Below are positions 58,666-64,000 of a stretch of 64,000 nucleotides of DNA, in pieces (the first letter of the stretch is position 1; every line of letters starts with the position of its first letter). Position numbers and translations under genes: made by a program. The stretch is from Alloascoidea hylecoeti (taxonomy: Eukaryota), in the NCBI GenBank assembly GCA_001600815.1, contig BCKZ01000012.1:547546-611545 (forward strand), given 5' to 3'. A model generated the notes under the pieces. The model was not told the origin of the DNA, did no database searches, and saw only the letters and a list, made by a program, of their open reading frames with translations.

Positions 58666-60321
58666 ATGGCAGTTCGAAATCGCACAAAACAAAAACTTGC
58701 CCCAGAGCATGAACGGTTCTTATCATGTTGTGCTGACATTTCGGTAGAATTGATCGCATCCCTGAAAACCAATAAAGATGTTAATTTAAATGGTCTTATT
58801 ATTCGTTTGGCAAAGAAATATAAATTGAAACAACAACCCCGTCTAACTGATATAATTTCATCAATACCAGATCAATATAAAAAGTATTTATTACCAAAAT
58901 TAAAGGCAAAACCTGTTCGAACAGCTTCAGGTATTGCTGTTGTTGCAGTTATGTGCAAACCACATAGATGTCCACATATTGCCTATACGGGGAATATTTG
59001 CGTTTACTGTCCTGGTGGTCCAGATTCTGATTTTGAATATTCAACACAGTCTTATACTGGTTATGAACCAACTTCAATGCGTGCTATACGAGCCCGTTAT
59101 GACCCATATGAACAAGCCAGAGGTCGTATTGAACAATTACGTCAATTAGGTCATTCAATTGATAAAGTTGAATATATTATTATGGGTGGTACTTTTATGA
59201 GTCTGCCTGTTGATTATAGAGAAAATTTCATTGCTCAGTTACATAATGCTTTGAGTGGTTTCAATGGTACAGATGTTGATGAATCAATTAAGTTTTCGCA
59301 GCATTCTTTAACTAAATGTGTTGGTATAACAATTGAAACAAGACCTGATTATTGTACAGAAACGCATCTAAGTGATATGTTAAGATACGGTTGTACAAGG
59401 CTGGAATTAGGTGTCCAATCTGTTTACGAAGATGTTGCCCGTGACACAAATAGAGGACATACAGTTAAAGCTGTTTGTGAAACGTTTGCTTATTCAAAGG
59501 ATGCTGGTTATAAAGTTGTGTCTCATATGATGCCGGATTTACCAAATGTCGGTATGGAAAGAGATCTTGATCAATTTAAAGAATATTTTGAAAGTCCGAA
59601 TTTTAGAACCGATGGGTTAAAATTATATCCTACTTTAGTTATACGTGGTACAGGATTATATGAACTTTGGAAAACAGGTCAGTATAAATCTTACAATCCA
59701 AATGCTTTAATCGATCTTGTTGCCAGAATTATGGCACTAGTACCTCCATGGACTCGTATTTATAGAGTTCAACGTGATATCCCAATGCCCTTAGTCAGTG
59801 CCGGTGTTGAAAATGGTAATTTACGTGAGTTGGCATTAGCAAGAATGAAAGATTTCGGTACGACATGTCGTGACGTTCGAGCTCGTGAAGTGGGTATGCA
59901 AGAAGTTCATCATAAAGTATCGCCGGATCAAGTTGAATTGATTAGAAGAGATTATACAGCAAATGGAGGTTGGGAAACATTTTTATCTTATGAAGATCCC
60001 AAAAAGGATATACTTATTGGTTTATTACGTTTACGTAAATGTTCTAAGAAATATACATTCAGGAAAGAATTAATTGGACAACAAACTTCTTTAGTACGAG
60101 AATTACATGTTTATGGGTCAGTTGTTCCTTTACATTCAAGAGATCCAAGGAAATTTCAACATCAGGGTTTTGGGACGTTATTAATGGAAGAAGCAGAAAG
60201 AATTGCAAGAGAAGAACATGGAAGTGAAAAAATAAGTGTTATCAGTGGTGTTGGTGTTAGAAACTATTACGCAAAATTAGGGTACTTTTTAGATGGCCCT
60301 TACATGTCAAAAATGTTGTAG
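58666..60321 (+). CDS. ELP3: Elongator catalytic subunit (radical SAM + KAT)
   Basis: [63 protein letters not shown] at 58666. Confidence 0.97.
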   Translation: MAVRNRTKQKLAPEHERFLSCCADISVELIASLKTNKDVNLNGLIIRLAKKYKLKQQPRLTDIISSIPDQYKKYLLPKLKAKPVRTASGIAVVAVMCKPHRCPHIAYTGNICVYCPGGPDSDFEYSTQSYTGYEPTSMRAIRARYDPYEQARGRIEQLRQLGHSIDKVEYIIMGGTFMSLPVDYRENFIAQLHNALSGFNGTDVDESIKFSQHSLTKCVGITIETRPDYCTETHLSDMLRYGCTRLELGVQSVYEDVARDTNRGHTVKAVCETFAYSKDAGYKVVSHMMPDLPNVGMERDLDQFKEYFESPNFRTDGLKLYPTLVIRGTGLYELWKTGQYKSYNPNALIDLVARIMALVPPWTRIYRVQRDIPMPLVSAGVENGNLRELALARMKDFGTTCRDVRAREVGMQEVHHKVSPDQVELIRRDYTANGGWETFLSYEDPKKDILIGLLRLRKCSKKYTFRKELIGQQTSLVRELHVYGSVVPLHSRDPRKFQHQGFGTLLMEEAERIAREEHGSEKISVISGVGVRNYYAKLGYFLDGPYMSKML

Positions 60322-60722
60322 TAACATACTATCATATTATACAGTTATAGAAAAAGCATTATTACATTCTATTTTATTTTATATATTTATAATTAATATT
60401 TCATACATTTGTTTAAAATCTATTTATAGTTGTGTAATTAACTGTTAACTCTAAAATATTGGCATTGATATATATGGGCGTATGTGAAACCATGATAATA
60501 AAGTTGATAAGAGAAGAATTGCGTAATGTGAACGTGAAAATTAGAGAATTCATATAGATTGTCTTTTTGTTAACACTGACAGGCATCTCCTTAAGTAATT
60601 TTAAAAATATATTATTAATTAAAGATCTTTTAGTATTTAAACTGTCTACGTTTTCTGTTTTCTTCTCTTTCTTTTTTTATTTTGTTGAAACATATCCTTT
60701 TGCTTATTCTGATTAGCTAAAC

Positions 60723-62564
60723 ATGGATTTTCATTTGATCGTTCTTGTCCATGGGTAAGCATTTTAACTTAGCTTTTAATCATTTATTACACTTCTTTTT
60801 ATTTAACAGTTTATCATTTTCAAAGATTATGGGGTAACCCAACCCATTTTGATTATATATCATCTCAAGTGGCCCAAAAATATTCAAAAACTGTTGACGT
60901 CACTTATGAACCTTTAAGTGTCGATCGTTATAAGGAATTCTTACAACATGAAACTGATCAACAGAATAAAAATATTGTGGTCATTTATAGAACTCAAACC
61001 CATACTAATTATTCAACATATGACGGAATAGATATTTGCGGAACAAGAGTATTCAAAGAAATTGAAACTGTGATAAATAATCTGAATGGTTTACAAAGCT
61101 CTCAATTAAATTCTAAGTCTGAAAAAAGTGATAATATTAATGTTTCCAAAACTGCCGTTCCAAGAGTCTCTCGATTTTCAATCTTAGGATACAGTCTTGG
61201 AGGATTAATGTGTCGATATGCTATAGGTCTCATGTATAAAAAAAGCATGTTTAAGCATATTGAACCTATGGTAAGTAATTTACAATAAGATCTCAATTAT
61301 TTTGAATTAATCTAACAATAACTATTATATCGCCTAGAACTTCAATACATTTTGTTCTCCTCATGTTGGTGTTCTAGCACCAGGCTCATCAATCTCAATT
61401 AATCTCTTTAATGCAATTGCTCCATGCTGTTTAGCATCAACAGGTAAACAATTATTTTTAAAAGATAATTTCGCGCAAAGCGGTAAACCTTTACTTTACC
61501 ATCTTGCTTCCCCTAATTCCTGTTTTTACCTTGCGTTACAAGAATTTAAAAATAAGGCTCTATATTGTAATATCGTTAATGACATTAGAACATCATGGTT
61601 TAATGCTGGTATATCAACCAATGACCCATATCAACATATTCTTGAAATGGAAAAGAAAATAAATATTTCGTATATCACTGGATATTCTCCTATTGTACTT
61701 GATGCTTCGATACCAATGACATTTAAAAATGAAAATAGTGAGATCGATCAAGGTAGGAATATTAATGTTTCAGACAAAGATACAATTCCAGTAGATAATA
61801 TTGATCATTCTACTGATGACGAAGTTGAAATTGATGAGATTCCTCCCCAAGCGTTAAATTACTTTAAAAGAAAATGGAACTGGATAATAATGTTTATAAA
61901 TATTTTTTTATTTTCTCCTTTATTACTTATAAAGTTTCTTGGTCTTTCAGTATATCAAACATTTTTATCAAACAGAAGATTATCAACATTTGTATCTCAA
62001 ACATCAAATTCACTCCTACGCGAAGTAATTGAATCAGATGTTGATCAATATTCATCGGCACCTAAAACTACAACCGGACACGATCAACATGTTTTAGATA
62101 ATGTTATTCAAAATCAAGCAGATGATGTTATGCAATCTGTATATCAAGCTATAACGTCCCCATCATATGAAACAATTCAACAGAGCAGTAAAAGATATCA
62201 TAAACATCATCTATCATCATCAAGTATCGTTTCCATGGCTAGCTCTGTGGACGATGGACTTTTGAAATCCGAGCTCTCTTCTGACCATGAAAGTACTTCT
62301 GTAAATAATCATGGTGATAATGAAACAAGTCCAATATTAATACAAGATGAAGATTCAAATATATATACCCTTCCAGATTATGATTTAAACTCATATCAAC
62401 TTGATATAATTCATAACCTAAATGAAATCGATTGGAAGAAATATCCAATATTTTTAAAAGTTTCAGCAGCTCATGCTGCCTCAATTGTTAGATATGAAGA
62501 TCCAGGTTTTGAAGATGGTAAAATTGTCATTAAACATTGGTTAGATAACGTTTTAAAAATATAG
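60723..62564 (+). CDS. DUF676 serine esterase/lipase (Rog1/Lpl1/YDR444W-like); exons 60723-60754, 60826-61270, 61338-62564
   Basis: Spliced HLIVLVHGLWGNPTH, TYDGIDICGTRV, FSILGYSLGGL (nucleophile elbow), F.TFCSPHVG, LY.NIVND, AHAASIVR. Confidence 0.88.
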
Positions 62565-62662
62565 ATCTTATTTTATCTTAAATTTTTAGAAAAATAGGAA
62601 ATTCGGATTGTTAGGAGATTTGCTATAGATATTAGATACAGCTAAATAAAGCCTATAATATA

Positions 62663-63056
62663 TAGCCTATAACTAGAATTATAAAATCATTATTATCAAT
62701 TTATTTCGAGTACACTCCACCGAAGTTCGCATATTGGAGGACTTTTCGTCGCCTAAATATGTGTATTTTCGAAATGCGAAGAATTATATATTGGTCATCC
62801 AGGTGACACCTAAATTCGCTTTGTATTTTTAGATTATTGAGCAGAATATTTGGTATTAAGTTCGTCTTTTAGTTTGACATATGTGTGAGTATACTTTCAC
62901 CGTTTTATAGAGAGAATAGTCTGTTTCTTAGGTGACTTTTATTTAGTTACTCTGTGCTCTACTATTTCGTCAAATGCACATAGTGAGGCGACGAAAAGCT
63001 CCTCCAATATGGCAAACTCAAAGTGAAAAAACTGTAGTGTACCTCGTTATAGGCTA
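62663..63056. mobile_element. Non-coding foldback / MITE-like element with long imperfect terminal inverted repeats
   Basis: Left catattggagga-cttttcgtcgcctaaatatgtgtatttt-cgaaat (62730-62775) vs reverse complement of right arm catattggaggagcttttcgtcgcctcactatgtgcatttgacgaaat (62964-63011); outer tagcctataac / gttataggcta also inverted. Confidence 0.65.
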
Positions 63057-63448
63057 TCAATATACGTAGCTTATAATTGTGTACCTTATAGGTGCTTGAC
63101 CGTTCAATACATATGATCCCGTGGCAGGTAGTTTATTGATTAACATGGCCTAAGATTTAGTTTAAAATATGGCGAAATCAAATAGAATATTAATTAATAG
63201 CTGTGAATATATAATCCAAAAATTTAAATAGGTTACAATCCTTTAGCTTAAGATATAACTTATAATATATATTTATGTATTCGATAAAAAATTATAGAAC
63301 AGAAAGGGTTAAATAGCTTATTTGACTTAATCCTAATATGAAATAATTGAGGAACATTTTTGAATCAAGAAGTTTCTACGATTCTAAATTTGCGCGTATT
63401 CACCAAAATGACGAATAATTTTATTTATTTTATTACTATTTATTGTCA

Positions 63449-64000
63449 CTATTTTTTCTTTCCCTTTTCACTTTCTGCAATCTTCTGGCGTAGGACTATA
63501 ATAACGTATTAGTATTTCCCGACAATATTGACAAAATGGCGTTTAGCTTACCATCTTCAATTGCTCTAAGATTATTAACTTTAGATGCAATTATTTTTTC
63601 TAACTCAGTCGAATCTGTTTTTAGTTTATCCACCCTCTGTTGATAAAATTTTATAGCATCTTCTTTTCCCTATAAGCAACTCATGTCAGTATCAAGACAG
63701 TCAACCAATACAAAAAAGTTTCATACCTTTTCAACGTAGTAACCGGTACCAACATCAACCATATATTTTTGATTATTTATAATTTTTCCAGGAACGTAGA
63801 GAGAGCTTGTCAATGGAACAAGAAGCTTTTTTCCTAATTCATCAAAGAATTTAGCAACAACAATTAAGGATCTATAATAGTAGTAACCTTACCTTCATTC
63901 TGTGTTTCTGAAGTTCTTTTGATATTTTGAATGCAATCTAAAAATTTCTGATTTGCTGTTCCTAATGATTGTAAAGAAATGGTGAATTGTTCAATATCTT
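63449..64000 (-). CDS. GIM5: Prefoldin subunit 5 (5' part outside the window), at least 3 introns
   Basis: Spliced ...[10 protein letters not shown]...[17 protein letters not shown]....[13 protein letters not shown]...[12 protein letters not shown]...VLRQKI; stop at 63449-63451. Confidence 0.9.

Overview
AT-rich fungal nuclear DNA. Gene content and sequence style look like a budding yeast (Saccharomycotina), but it is unusually intron-rich: about 36 short spliceosomal introns can be read by eye, with relaxed 5' splice sites. CTG encodes conserved Leu, so the code is standard. An early-diverging lineage is inferred; the species cannot be determined. About 28 protein-coding genes, mostly housekeeping: HTS1, ALY-type arrestin, CHIP/STUB1 (11 exons), ARO4, HIS7, amino-acid/GABA permease, secreted S8 subtilisin, RCC1/SRM1, ENP1, PLC1, an LRR protein, ACH1, PHO91, SLX1 (5-nt micro-exon), MIC12, MRPL8, ATP3, GCV1, YPT6, UBL-WLM protease, GCIP-domain protein, VPS1, PLB, RRN11, KTR-family GT15, MBA1, ELP3, DUF676 lipase and partial GIM5. 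Main observations: (1) a ~915-aa apparent orphan (52609-55415) whose C-terminal part matches by eye the spacing of tandem Dicer RNase IIIa/IIIb motifs with catalytic acids replaced, a candidate pseudo-Dicer facing a small RNase III-like ORF remnant; (2) an LRR + BC-box + Cys-rich protein resembling animal LRRC58; (3) a ~400-bp foldback/MITE-like element; (4) a duplicated, gene-less copy of the permease promoter; (5) the ARO4-HIS7-(insert)-ENP1 order shared with S. cerevisiae; (6) a self-pairing 430-nt ATP3 intron. All homology calls come from manual reading; no searches were run.
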